From Patescibacteria group bacterium (GTDB taxonomy: Bacteria; Patescibacteriota; Patescibacteriia; Buchananbacterales; UBA6539): a DNA stretch of 64,000 nt. The notes under the pieces are model-generated. The model saw nothing but the letters and a program-made list of their open reading frames with translations, was not told where the DNA came from and made no database searches. The stretch spans positions 253 through 64,252 of the forward strand of contig JBAZMQ010000001.1 of NCBI GenBank assembly GCA_041649675.1. Direction: 5' to 3'. The position numbers and the translations under genes are program-made. Below are positions 8,559 to 18,456 of this stretch, piece after piece (the stretch's first letter is position 1; each line of letters starts with the position of its first letter).

Positions 8559-9191
8559 CTATAAATTATCTTTGAGGTTTCTGATCTGGGCATTTGAGAT
8601 TAAAATATAACTATCAGGAGCCTTGTCAATATCAATATTTATTTTTAAAAATAATCTTATTAGACGAATTTGGTTAACTGCCGCTGGCGTTGGTAGGGGA
8701 TTATTGGTGGTGTCGGTTGGGTAATTGCTGTTGTAGTAATAAAAAATTGGCGTGCTGGAATTTTGGACATATTTTGAAACTGTGGTGATGGTTTCGGTAG
8801 CAGTGTATTGCGCTGGGAAACCAGTTGGAACAATGACACCTTTTTTTAATTCAGTGTTGTCTAGAAAGTATCTTACTTTTTCAAACACTCCATCATTATT
8901 AATATCACTATAGAAAGCCAGGCTTTGGTTTTGGGCCGACTCTATTGGGTAGCTGCCATTTTCGGCCGGTGATGCTTTTCTGATTTCTTTTACCATAGTA
9001 TCAATATTTTTTCGGGCATAACTAATGGCATCACTTTGCTCCAAAGCAAAACGATTGGCCTCAAAACTTTGTTTCATGAAAGTTAAGACTAAAGAGCTAG
9101 CCATTAGGAATATACCAATTGCAATTAATGTTTCAGCTAAAGTGAAACCAAGCGGCTGAGTTATTTTTTGCGGCATTAATTTAACATTCAT
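8559..9191 (-). CDS. type IV pilin (prepilin-type N-terminal cleavage/methylation domain)
   Basis: Class III signal: ...TQPLG/FTLAETLIAIGIFL (G-FTLxE motif). Confidence 0.8.
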   Translation of the reverse strand: MNVKLMPQKITQPLGFTLAETLIAIGIFLMASSLVLTFMKQSFEANRFALEQSDAISYARKNIDTMVKEIRKASPAENGSYPIESAQNQSLAFYSDINNDGVFEKVRYFLDNTELKKGVIVPTGFPAQYTATETITTVSKYVQNSSTPIFYYYNSNYPTDTTNNPLPTPAAVNQIRLIRLFLKINIDIDKAPDSYILISNAQIRNLKDNL

Positions 9192-9192
9192 C

Positions 9193-12100
9193 TTATTCTA
9201 AATTTAGATTTATAGTTATGTTATCTCCTGGATTCAGTGAAACTGGTAACGGCGGTTCAGTACTAATAATTGTGTATCGTGAACCAGCTTGAAGCGAAAT
9301 TGAATAAGTGTCCCACTCCAAATTATTTAAAAGTAGTTGCCCACTAGCATTAGTAGAAAGATTTTGACTGTATTTAAAAATGTCAGGATTGGTGCCAACT
9401 TTTTTAGCCCCAGTTATAACTAAAGGTACATTGGCAGTATTGGTGTAAGCATTTGGATCAGCAGCATATTCAGCGGCAATAATATCATAATTGCCGCTTC
9501 GATTATCTTGCCAGGTAACAACCAAGTTTCCGGCTTGATTAATTATGATACCTGGATTTTTTTGATCGCCAGTAGTATTAGCATTAATTCTAATGTCGTT
9601 TGGCCATTGAGTAGTGCCAGCTGAATTTATTTTTTGGGTGTAGATATCAGTATCACCATTTCTAATGTCTTGCCAAACTACAAAGATGTTGCCAGAACTA
9701 TCCAAAGCGGCTCTGGGGTTTTCTTGGACACTACCAGAATGGGAGCTAATTGCCTGATCGCCATTTGGCCATAAGACATTGCCAGCAGAGTCATATTTTT
9801 GGCCATAAATATCATTATCGCCATTACGGTCATCTTCCCAAAAAATATAAATATTATTCTCATTATCAATTTTAACCACCGGATTATTTTGGTTGCCGCC
9901 GGCATTAGTGTTTATTCGAATATCATTTGGCCAAACAATATTACCGTTTGGATCAATTTTTTGGATAAATATATCATAATTATCAATCTGGTAATCTTCC
10001 CAAACAACATAAATATTTTCATCCTGATCAATTGCTAAATTAACTGATTGAGAATAACCGCCACCACTGGTGGTATGGGAATAGCCAATGTCAATTTGAT
10101 CCAAATTGATTTGTTGGCTGCCGTTACTCAGCAGGAAGGCTTTAAAGATAATTTTCCCTCGGGTGGTTGAAAAGGTTTTAATATGGTCATTAATGACACT
10201 GGCGGTATTGTAGTTTGGGCCACCCGCTTGGGCCCAATTAGTTCCGTTCCAGTATTTCCAAGTAACGCCATCGTCAGATAGTTGATAGTAAATTTCACCA
10301 CCATTTTTTGTCGCTGTTTCTGTGAAAGAATCCCAAGAAACTAAATTGCTGACAGTTAAAGAGCTAAGAGGTAAAACGCTTGGGCCGTTAGCTGGATAGC
10401 CTGCTCCTGATTCAGTCCATTGACAACCAGTTTGATTTTGGCAACTTAACTGAGTCAAGAAGTTAGAACAGCTGATCGTAGTGCCACTACATGGCCCTTG
10501 AATATCCCAATTACAACTGGTTTGGGTGCAGATTGGGCCAGTAGTTTGATTTTGGCATAAACAAGTGCCAGAACAAGTACCTTGTTGGGAACCCCAACTG
10601 CAGCTGGCCGCTTGGCAGGTAGACTGGCTAGAAATTTGGTTACAGTTACAGCCGGGGTTATCATAGCAAAACCAAAAAAACCAAGAGCAACCGCTGGTAG
10701 CCTTGCAAGTATTTTTACTGCCAATTGAGCCACAAGAACAATTGCCACTGCAACTTTGAGCGCCTGCTTGCCAACTGCAACTGGGCGCAGAAATACATTG
10801 GTTTTGGTCAGTAATTGTTGAGCACCCGCAGGTGTCACCGCTGCATGGTCCTTCTGCATCCCAATTGCAGGTACTTTGGTTGGTGCAGGATGTGGCACTG
10901 GAAAAAGTGGCACAATCACTGGCTGTGCCATTGCAAATTTTTATTGGCACTAATTGGGCAACGCCAGTAACAATTTTGACATTTGTCGTGCCGTCGCAAT
11001 TGCCACCGTCGCATTGGTAGTCAGCTAAGTTATTAAAGTCCCAATTGAAAGAATCTGTTGCTTTGTACATTGACGAAGAATTAGCATTGACTTTTAATTC
11101 ACTAGCCCAAATCATTTGACCATTAACATCAAATTTCTGTAAATAAATATCAGATTTGCCATTGCCAGCCCTTTCGTCTTTAAAAGCAATATATTCGGCC
11201 GTACTTGAAGCATTTAAAGCAATCTTAGGATAAATTTGATCAGCGGAAGTGCTGTCAGTATTAACTTTTATCGGCTGACTAAATAAACCATTGCCAGCGG
11301 TGTCGTATTTGTTAAAATAAATATCTTGGTTATTATTTTTATCATCATGCCAAGTGATGTAAATATTATTATTTTTATCAATTGCTAAATCCGCTCCGCC
11401 CTGATTATCAGAGCTAGTCATTGCTAAATCGTTGCTCCATTGTTTAGTTTGGGCGGTATATTTTTGGGTATAAATCCGACTGTTGTAATTACGGAAATCT
11501 TGCCAAGCAAAATAATAGTTTTGGTCAGCGCCCAAGGCAATAGCTGGGAAAAATTGGTCGGCGGTACCAACGTCAGTATTCACTGTCCATTCCGAGGGAA
11601 TGGTTTGAGAAAGGGTATGGATATCCAGGGTGGCAATTTTATCAATCGCAAAGCTAATTCTGGTTAGGCTACCTTCAATAACAGTTGCGTCAGGTTTGAT
11701 CGGGTTAGGATTACCAGCTGAATCACTGCAGCTAGTGCCATCAGGATCAATTGAACAAGTTGAATCAGTACTGTAGCCATCTTTGGTGACAATAATGTGG
11801 TAAGAGCTATTGGCTTGCGGTACGCTGGAATAATAGTAGCCTAAAGAGTTGGTTTGATGTGAAGAGTCATTAATTATTGGATTAGTTTGATTGTTAATAA
11901 TATGAATTGAAGCTTGGGAAACGGGTTGGCCATTAGCATCAATAGTATTAATCCACAAAACCCCAGCTCCTTGATTTGCTTCAATACCTTTTGGCGCGAT
12001 TGTGGTTACCGACACTACTTCTTTTGTGCCAAAGTGACCTAACCAAGAAACAGCGATTCTAACTTTCTTATAATCATTACCCAATTCGTCGGTTCCGGCT

Positions 12101-12453
12101 TCAACTGTGCCGTCGAACGGATCGTCTACGTAATCAACGCTAACGGCAATATTATAATTAATATTATTTAAAGTGGTGGAGTCGGATTGACTAATTGAGC
12201 CCGGGACTAAACCACCAACAGTGCCGACCTTGTCGTAAGGTAAATTATGAATCGTTTCTGATACTTCATTGGCAATAGTAATAGCACCAATTCTAGCTTT
12301 GCTTTCAGTAATGACCTTGGCGGAAAATTGAAACATTCCTAACACGCCTATACTGGTAATTGCCAAAATTAAAATTGCCACCAGAACTTCAACTAGGGTA
12401 AAACCAGTGCCAGCTGCCTTATCTCTGGCTGAGATTTTTAGTTTTTTGTGCAT
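9193..12453 (-). CDS. giant prepilin-type protein (1086 aa) with CarbopepD_reg-like domain, 7 beta-propeller-like repeats and 5 Cys-rich repeats
   Basis: N-terminus AAGTG/FTLVEVLVAILILAI prepilin signal. Seven ~47-aa repeats [IY]W.D.R.G..DIY.QK.D..G...WP. Five ~28-aa repeats C.C...C...C.W. Segment IHIINNQTNP...GYYY...YHIIVTKDGY is carboxypeptidase-regulatory-like. Confidence 0.8.
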   Translation of the reverse strand: MHKKLKISARDKAAGTGFTLVEVLVAILILAITSIGVLGMFQFSAKVITESKARIGAITIANEVSETIHNLPYDKVGTVGGLVPGSISQSDSTTLNNINYNIAVSVDYVDDPFDGTVEAGTDELGNDYKKVRIAVSWLGHFGTKEVVSVTTIAPKGIEANQGAGVLWINTIDANGQPVSQASIHIINNQTNPIINDSSHQTNSLGYYYSSVPQANSSYHIIVTKDGYSTDSTCSIDPDGTSCSDSAGNPNPIKPDATVIEGSLTRISFAIDKIATLDIHTLSQTIPSEWTVNTDVGTADQFFPAIALGADQNYYFAWQDFRNYNSRIYTQKYTAQTKQWSNDLAMTSSDNQGGADLAIDKNNNIYITWHDDKNNNQDIYFNKYDTAGNGLFSQPIKVNTDSTSADQIYPKIALNASSTAEYIAFKDERAGNGKSDIYLQKFDVNGQMIWASELKVNANSSSMYKATDSFNWDFNNLADYQCDGGNCDGTTNVKIVTGVAQLVPIKICNGTASDCATFSSATSCTNQSTCNWDAEGPCSGDTCGCSTITDQNQCISAPSCSWQAGAQSCSGNCSCGSIGSKNTCKATSGCSWFFWFCYDNPGCNCNQISSQSTCQAASCSWGSQQGTCSGTCLCQNQTTGPICTQTSCNWDIQGPCSGTTISCSNFLTQLSCQNQTGCQWTESGAGYPANGPSVLPLSSLTVSNLVSWDSFTETATKNGGEIYYQLSDDGVTWKYWNGTNWAQAGGPNYNTASVINDHIKTFSTTRGKIIFKAFLLSNGSQQINLDQIDIGYSHTTSGGGYSQSVNLAIDQDENIYVVWEDYQIDNYDIFIQKIDPNGNIVWPNDIRINTNAGGNQNNPVVKIDNENNIYIFWEDDRNGDNDIYGQKYDSAGNVLWPNGDQAISSHSGSVQENPRAALDSSGNIFVVWQDIRNGDTDIYTQKINSAGTTQWPNDIRINANTTGDQKNPGIIINQAGNLVVTWQDNRSGNYDIIAAEYAADPNAYTNTANVPLVITGAKKVGTNPDIFKYSQNLSTNASGQLLLNNLEWDTYSISLQAGSRYTIISTEPPLPVSLNPGDNITINLNLE

Positions 12454-13548
12454 TTATATTGCCTGACTTAAGGAGTACATTGGCGTAATAACGGCCACGG
12501 CCATTCCGGCCACGGCCACACCTAAAATAACCATTAAGACTGGTTCAAGGATAGAAGGCAAATTAGTCATGGTCTGATTAACTTCTTCTTCATAAAATAT
12601 CGCTGACTCTTCCAAAATATTGTCTAAAGCGCCGGTCTCTTCACCAACCGCAATCATTTGGAGAATTACGGGAGGAAAGAGTTTTGAGTGAGGTGCTAGA
12701 GAAACTTGAATATTGACCCCTTTTTTTATTTTTTCTTTTGCCTCTATTAAGGCGTCTTGATAAATAGTATTGCCTAAAACTCTGGAAGTAATTTCAAACG
12801 ATTGAACGATTGGGATGTCGGTCTTTAAAAGTGAACTTAAGGTTCGGCAGAATCGAGCGATGTTAATTTTTCTAATTATGGCGCCGATGATCGGTAAGAG
12901 TAAAAGGAATCTATGTAATTGACGTTTGCCTTTTGGTAAAGTAACGATTCGGCCAAAAATTGCAATGAAAATGCCAGCACCAATAGCTAAATAAATTCCG
13001 TATTTTACCGAAAATTCACTGGCGCCGATTAAAATTCTGGTGGCTAAGGGCAGGGGAACATTAATTTCTTTAAAGACGCTGGAAATGGTTGGAATAACGT
13101 AAACCAACATTAATATGCCAATGCCTAGCATCATCGTTATTACAATCGCCGGATAAATCATGGCACTTTTAACTTTGGCGATAATCTCATGATCCTTTTT
13201 CATCTGAATAAATAGTTGGTTTAAAACCTCTTCTAATTTACCGGAAGTTTCGCCAGCCCTGATCATGTTAATGAATAAATCACCAAAAATTCTTTGGTAG
13301 TTTTCCAAGCCCTTGGAAAGGAGGTTGCCTTTTTCAACATTCAGTTCAAGGTCAATTAAAATTGCTTTGAAACTTTTAGAAGATGATTGTTCGCTTAGAG
13401 TCTTTAAGGCAACCGACAAAGATATGCCGGCCTTAAGCATAATACCAAGCTGTTGGACAAAAAATATTTTTTGGGCCAAAGGGATCTTTTTTTGGATTTT
13501 TAGCCAACGAGAAATATTAAATTTTTCTGGCTTATTTTCGGTCGCCAT
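12454..13548 (-). CDS. pilC: type IV pilus platform protein PilC (GspF family)
   Basis: 364 aa, two GspF-like repeats, polytopic membrane protein. Confidence 0.9.
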   Translation of the reverse strand: MATENKPEKFNISRWLKIQKKIPLAQKIFFVQQLGIMLKAGISLSVALKTLSEQSSSKSFKAILIDLELNVEKGNLLSKGLENYQRIFGDLFINMIRAGETSGKLEEVLNQLFIQMKKDHEIIAKVKSAMIYPAIVITMMLGIGILMLVYVIPTISSVFKEINVPLPLATRILIGASEFSVKYGIYLAIGAGIFIAIFGRIVTLPKGKRQLHRFLLLLPIIGAIIRKINIARFCRTLSSLLKTDIPIVQSFEITSRVLGNTIYQDALIEAKEKIKKGVNIQVSLAPHSKLFPPVILQMIAVGEETGALDNILEESAIFYEEEVNQTMTNLPSILEPVLMVILGVAVAGMAVAVITPMYSLSQAI

Positions 13549-13572
13549 TTTTGTTTTTCGTTTTAAACTAAT

Positions 13573-15303
13573 TTAGTCTTTGGTCACTCGAAGCACTTCT
13601 TCAATGGTAGTGATGCCGCTTTTCGCTTTAACAAAACCATCTTCCATAATTGTAATCATGCCATCAGCTTTAGCGGCTTTTTGAATTTCGGCTGCCGTGG
13701 TACCCTTGAGGATTAATTCGGCAATTTTAGGGGTAATTTCTAAAACTTCATAAAGACCCATGCGGCCTTTGTAGCCGGTTTTGTCGCATTTTTTGCAGCC
13801 TTTACCGCGATAAAAAAGTAATGATTCTTTGCTTTGTTTTTTGGTAATCAAACTTTGTTTTTCCAAAGCCTCCAAAATTGATTGGAAATTAATTTCTTTT
13901 TCCAATTTATCCAACTCAGTTTTGGTCAAATTATAGCTTTCAATGCATTCCTGACAAATTTTTCTAACCAACCGTTGGGCGATAATTAAATTGCAGGTTG
14001 AAGAGATTAAAAACGCTGGTACACCCATTTCACTTAAACGTGGTAGGGTGGTTGGGGCGTCGTTGGTATGTAGGGTCGATAAAACCAGGTGACCAGTTAA
14101 GGCGGCATGAATCGCGATTTCGGCCGTTTCTTGGTCCCGAATTTCTCCAACCATAATAATGTTAGGATCTTGCCGTAAAAAAGCGCGCAGACCAGTGGCA
14201 AAAGTGTAACCAATTTTTGGATTAATTTGGCTTTGGTTTAATCCTGGAATTCGATATTCAATCGGGTCTTCAATGGTAGTAATATTCACTTCCGGCCGGT
14301 TTAAAATATTTAAGATAGAATAAAGAGTGGTGGTTTTACCCGAACCGGTCGGACCAGTAACCAATACCATGCCGTGTGGTTTTTTGATATTTCTTTTAAC
14401 CTTTTCTAAATTTTCTTTTTGAAAACCTAATTGTTCCAAGCTAATAATACCGGTTTGTTCGTTCAATGCCCGTAAAACGATTTTTTCGCCATCATAAGTC
14501 GGAATAATAGAAACACGGAAAGAAACATTATAATCGTTAGTGGCGACTTTAAAACGGCTGTCTTGAGGTAAGCGGTGTTCATCTAATTTGAGGTTTGATA
14601 AAATTTTGATCCTGGCGATAATGCCTGAATGGACGGTTTTGGGCAAAGTCATCACTGTTCTTAAAACCCCGTCAATCCGATAACGGACCATTACTTCTTT
14701 TTCGGTTGGTTCAATGTGAATATCAGAAGCATTTTCAAAAATGGCGTATTCCAGTAGGGTATCAACAATTCTGATAACTGGCAGATCGTGGGCCAGCTCC
14801 TTTAGTTTTGAACCGGTTTCGGTTTGGTCAGCAGTTTCTTTTTCTTTGGTTAATTCTTGAAATTCCGCTTTTAAACCCTTGTGATAATTTTTTAAAGCTT
14901 CATTAATGCTTTCGGGTGTAGTCAAATGAATTTTTATTTCTAAGCCAGTTTTTTTGCCTAAAAATTCAAAAATTTGTAGATCCTCTGGATTAAGAGAAGC
15001 AACTTTAAGTTCAGAATCGGTTTTATCAAAGGTGATGATTTTATGAGTAGTAGCGATTGTTTCGGGAATCAAAAAAAGAATATCTTTACGAATATTCTCA
15101 TTTTTTAAATTGATGAACGGGACGTTGAAAAACTGAGCGGCAATTTCATAAAGCCGCTCCTCGCCAATAATTTTTTGAGAGGTTAAGTATTGCTCCAGGC
15201 CCTGGTTTCTTTTTTTAGCTTCATCTAGATAAAGTTCCAGCTCTTTTTGGGCAATAGTATTGGTTTTTAGGAGAATGTCTTCTAGTTGGGCTTCATTAAA
15301 CAT
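13573..15303 (-). CDS. pilB: type IV pilus assembly ATPase PilB (GspE family)
   Basis: Walker A VLVTGPTGSGKTTTL, His box, tetracysteine CKKC...C motif; 576 aa. Confidence 0.93.
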   Translation of the reverse strand: MFNEAQLEDILLKTNTIAQKELELYLDEAKKRNQGLEQYLTSQKIIGEERLYEIAAQFFNVPFINLKNENIRKDILFLIPETIATTHKIITFDKTDSELKVASLNPEDLQIFEFLGKKTGLEIKIHLTTPESINEALKNYHKGLKAEFQELTKEKETADQTETGSKLKELAHDLPVIRIVDTLLEYAIFENASDIHIEPTEKEVMVRYRIDGVLRTVMTLPKTVHSGIIARIKILSNLKLDEHRLPQDSRFKVATNDYNVSFRVSIIPTYDGEKIVLRALNEQTGIISLEQLGFQKENLEKVKRNIKKPHGMVLVTGPTGSGKTTTLYSILNILNRPEVNITTIEDPIEYRIPGLNQSQINPKIGYTFATGLRAFLRQDPNIIMVGEIRDQETAEIAIHAALTGHLVLSTLHTNDAPTTLPRLSEMGVPAFLISSTCNLIIAQRLVRKICQECIESYNLTKTELDKLEKEINFQSILEALEKQSLITKKQSKESLLFYRGKGCKKCDKTGYKGRMGLYEVLEITPKIAELILKGTTAAEIQKAAKADGMITIMEDGFVKAKSGITTIEEVLRVTKD

Positions 15304-15444
15304 ATCTATGATTTTGGTTTTTGATTTAGGTAACTAGCGATGTTAATTATACCATAAAATTAATTTTTTAAAAAGAAAAGTGGACAAAACTGGGAATTAT
15401 TATTATTATTAAGATAGCTTTAACCGTTTAACTCTAGATTTCCT

Positions 15445-15816
15445 ATGTTTAATCAGCCCTATAATCCCATACTTTTTGATTCTTATTGGCGGGATAAAAA
15501 GATTAAAATTAATTTGATTTTTAGTTTACTCATTAATTTATCGCTCTGGGTGGGGTTGCTTTGGCAAGAGAGAGCTTTTTCTGATTCAATTCCGCTTCAT
15601 TATAATATCTATTATGGTATTGACCTTTTAGGGCCTTGGTATCAAATTCTTTTGTTGCCAGGATTAGGTCTCATTTTTTTAGTTTTGAATTTTGGTCTAG
15701 CTTCCATATTCTATCGTAAAGAAAAAATTGTTAGCTACTTTTTGGTTTTTAGTTGTAGTTTTGTTCAGTTAATTTTTATTCTCGCTTCAATGCTTATTGT
15801 TTTGATTAATTACTAA
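15445..15816 (+). CDS. hypothetical polytopic membrane protein
   Basis: 123 aa, 3-4 predicted TM helices, immediately upstream of mraY. Confidence 0.45.
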   Translation: MFNQPYNPILFDSYWRDKKIKINLIFSLLINLSLWVGLLWQERAFSDSIPLHYNIYYGIDLLGPWYQILLLPGLGLIFLVLNFGLASIFYRKEKIVSYFLVFSCSFVQLIFILASMLIVLINY

Positions 15817-15820
15817 ATTT

Positions 15821-16861
15821 GTGAAAAATTTTTTCATCAGTAAAATTTTTATTTTGGCGACTCTGTCATTTGTCTTGGCCTTAGCCTGGACACCGATACT
15901 GACTCGCTTTTTATACAAATACGGCATCGGCAAGGGGATAAGAGATTCTAAGGCGGCCCCAATTTTTGCCCGAATGCACAAGAAAAAGGCCGGTACGCCA
16001 ACTATGGGCGGTATTTTAGTTTGGGCAACTACTTTATTTTTATGTCTTTTATTTTTTTATTTAGCAAAATTTTTTGACGGCATTTTTGGTCAATTAAATT
16101 TTTTTTCCCGTCAGCAAACATTATTGCCGCTGGGGGCGCTGGTGGCTTCCGCTTTAGTCGGTTTAGTTGATGATTTGTTTGATAGTTACCGCATGGGTAA
16201 AAATGGTGGAGGTTTAAGAATGCGCCATCGATTTTTAATTTATAGTTTTATTGCCACCGTTGGCGCTTGGTGGTTTTATTATAAATTAGGTTGGACTACT
16301 CTTTATGTACCGTTTGCCGGTTACATTGATATCGGTTTGTGGTACATCCCATTTTTCATTTTTGTCATTGTTGCCACTGCTTTTTCGGTCAATGAGGTTG
16401 ATGGTTTAGACGGTTTGGCCGGTGGTACTTTATTGGTGGCTTTCGGGGCTTATGGCGCCATTGCTTTTGCTCAAGGCCGTTACGATCTAGCGGCATTTTG
16501 CGGGGTTATCGGCGGCGCTCTTTTGGCTTTTTTGTGGTTTAATATCAATCCGGCCAGGTTTTTTATGGGCGATACCGGGTCAATGTCTTTGGGTGTTACT
16601 TTAGGGATTATTGCGATGCTGACCAACGGTGCTTTGTTTTTGCCAATCATCGGTTTTATTTTTGTCGTTGAGACGGTTTCAGTTTTGATTCAAATGACTT
16701 CCAAGAAAGTATTTGGCAAGAAATTTTTTATCTCTTCGCCGCTGCATCATCATCTTGAAGCCAAAGGCTGGCCGGAACCAAAAATCGTAATGCGGTTTTG
16801 GGTAATTTCCGGAGTTTGCTCAATTGTTGGCTTAATCTTGTTTTTAGCGGATAAAATTTAA
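15821..16861 (+). CDS. mraY: phospho-N-acetylmuramoyl-pentapeptide transferase
   Basis: NEVDGLDGLAGG motif and 10 TM topology; 346 aa. Confidence 0.93.
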   Translation: MKNFFISKIFILATLSFVLALAWTPILTRFLYKYGIGKGIRDSKAAPIFARMHKKKAGTPTMGGILVWATTLFLCLLFFYLAKFFDGIFGQLNFFSRQQTLLPLGALVASALVGLVDDLFDSYRMGKNGGGLRMRHRFLIYSFIATVGAWWFYYKLGWTTLYVPFAGYIDIGLWYIPFFIFVIVATAFSVNEVDGLDGLAGGTLLVAFGAYGAIAFAQGRYDLAAFCGVIGGALLAFLWFNINPARFFMGDTGSMSLGVTLGIIAMLTNGALFLPIIGFIFVVETVSVLIQMTSKKVFGKKFFISSPLHHHLEAKGWPEPKIVMRFWVISGVCSIVGLILFLADKI

Positions 16862-17001
16862 AAGAATCAAGAATTATGAATTATGAATAAAGAAGAAAAC
16901 AATTTTGTCTATATTAAAAAAGAAAAAGCCCTCCGGACAGAGACGGAAACTCCTCAAGACTTTTTTTTAATGATAATATATTGTTATTAGTTTTTAATAA
17001 A

Positions 17002-18456
17002 ATGGCCAACTTAAAGGGTAAAAAAGTTACAGTAATGGGTTTGGGACTCCACGGCGGCGGAGTCGCTTCTGTTAATTGGTTGGTAAAACATGGCGCTAAA
17101 GTGACCGTGACTGATTTAAAAACGGCTAAGGAATTAAAATTATCACTTAAAAAACTTAATAACTTATCAAAATGTAAACTGGTATTGGGCCGACACCGAG
17201 AGATTGACTTTAGGAATGCTGACATAATCGTGCAAAATCCGGATGTGCCCAAAGAGTCAAAATATTTAAAAATTGCCAAGAAGGCCGGTATTTTGATTGA
17301 AAATGAAGCCAGTCTTTTTTTTAAAAATTGTGCGGCAAAGATTGTTGGGGTAACTGGCACTCGCGGGAAATCAACTACCAGTACTTTGATTTATGAAATA
17401 TTAAATAAATCAGAGATCAGAAATCAGAGATCAGAAATCAGAGATCAGAAATCAGAGATCAGAAATCAGAGATCAGAAATCAGAATCTGGCTGGCTGGTC
17501 AGCCCCAGCAGCCGATGATGGCGATTTTGGATAAGGTTAAAAAAAACGATTTGGTTGTTTTGGAACTTTCTTCCTGGCAGTTGGAAATATTGGGCCAGCA
17601 AAAATTAAGTCCACATGTTGCCATAGTTACCAATATCTATCCGGATCATTTGAATCGCTATTCTTCAATGGCCGGGTATATCACCGCTAAAAAAAATATT
17701 TTTAAATTTCAAAGTAAAAACGATTTTGTAATTTTAAATTTTGATAATACTCAAACCAAAAAGATGGGTCGCGAAGTTTTGAGCCAAAGATTTTGGTTTT
17801 CCAAAAAATATTTAGCTGATCAGAACAGTTGTTTTTTAAAAGGGGATTATATATATTTTCAACAAAATGGCAAAATAAGCAAACTGGTTAATCCAGAAAT
17901 TTCTAAATTAAAGGGTGAGCATAATTTGGAAAATATTTTAGCCGCCAGCGCAGTCGCTGGTATTTTTGGCGCTAAGCCAAAAGATATCCAAAATGGTCTG
18001 AAGAATTTTTTTGGCTTGCCCGGAAGAATTGAATTGATCAGAACAGTTAAAGGTATAAAATATATCAATGATACAACGGCAACTACGCCTGACGGAACAA
18101 TGGCAGCGCTTAAGGCTTTGCCGGCAAAAAAGATAGTTTTAATCGCCGGCGGCACTTCAAAAAATATTCCCGATTTTAAATATCGGGAATTAGCCAAAAT
18201 AATTAGTCAACGATGCAGGGCTGTAGTTTTATTACCTGGTGGCGGCAGTGATCAAATTCTAAAGGTCTTAAGCCGGGTTAACTTTAAACCAGTTGTTTAT
18301 CATACCGCTGACATGGTGCAGGCAGTTACTTTGGCCGCCAGCTTGGCCAAAAACAATGATATTGTTTTGTTGTCGCCAGCTTGTGCTTCTTTTAATATTT
18401 TTATCAATGAGTTTGACCGTGGTGATAAATTTAATCAGGTAGTAGCAAAATTATGA
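17002..18456 (+). CDS. murD: UDP-N-acetylmuramoylalanine--D-glutamate ligase
   Basis: KGKKVTVMGLGLHGGG Rossmann N-terminus, GTRGKSTTSTL P-loop, Mur ligase C-domain. Track start 16981; ATG 17002 (MANLKGKK) fits the MurD N-terminus better. Carries an in-frame heptanucleotide repeat insert. Confidence 0.9.
   Translation: MANLKGKKVTVMGLGLHGGGVASVNWLVKHGAKVTVTDLKTAKELKLSLKKLNNLSKCKLVLGRHREIDFRNADIIVQNPDVPKESKYLKIAKKAGILIENEASLFFKNCAAKIVGVTGTRGKSTTSTLIYEILNKSEIRNQRSEIRDQKSEIRNQRSEIRIWLAGQPQQPMMAILDKVKKNDLVVLELSSWQLEILGQQKLSPHVAIVTNIYPDHLNRYSSMAGYITAKKNIFKFQSKNDFVILNFDNTQTKKMGREVLSQRFWFSKKYLADQNSCFLKGDYIYFQQNGKISKLVNPEISKLKGEHNLENILAASAVAGIFGAKPKDIQNGLKNFFGLPGRIELIRTVKGIKYINDTTATTPDGTMAALKALPAKKIVLIAGGTSKNIPDFKYRELAKIISQRCRAVVLLPGGGSDQILKVLSRVNFKPVVYHTADMVQAVTLAASLAKNNDIVLLSPACASFNIFINEFDRGDKFNQVVAKL
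17411..17487 (+). repeat. tandem heptanucleotide repeat (CAGAGAT/CAGAAAT, about 11 units) inside murD
   Basis: cagagatcagaaat repeated; translates in frame as SEIRNQR SEIRDQK SEIRNQR SEIR, inserted after the P-loop. Confidence 0.9.

Noticed and set aside
9678-11020. Several 60-160-aa ORFs on both strands inside the giant pilin gene
   Set aside because: They lie within a 3.3 kb continuous ORF that has a prepilin signal and internal repeats. They are alternative-frame artefacts of the repetitive sequence.
16914-17360. Minus-strand 148-aa ORF
   Set aside because: It is antisense to the murD N-terminal region and has no support.
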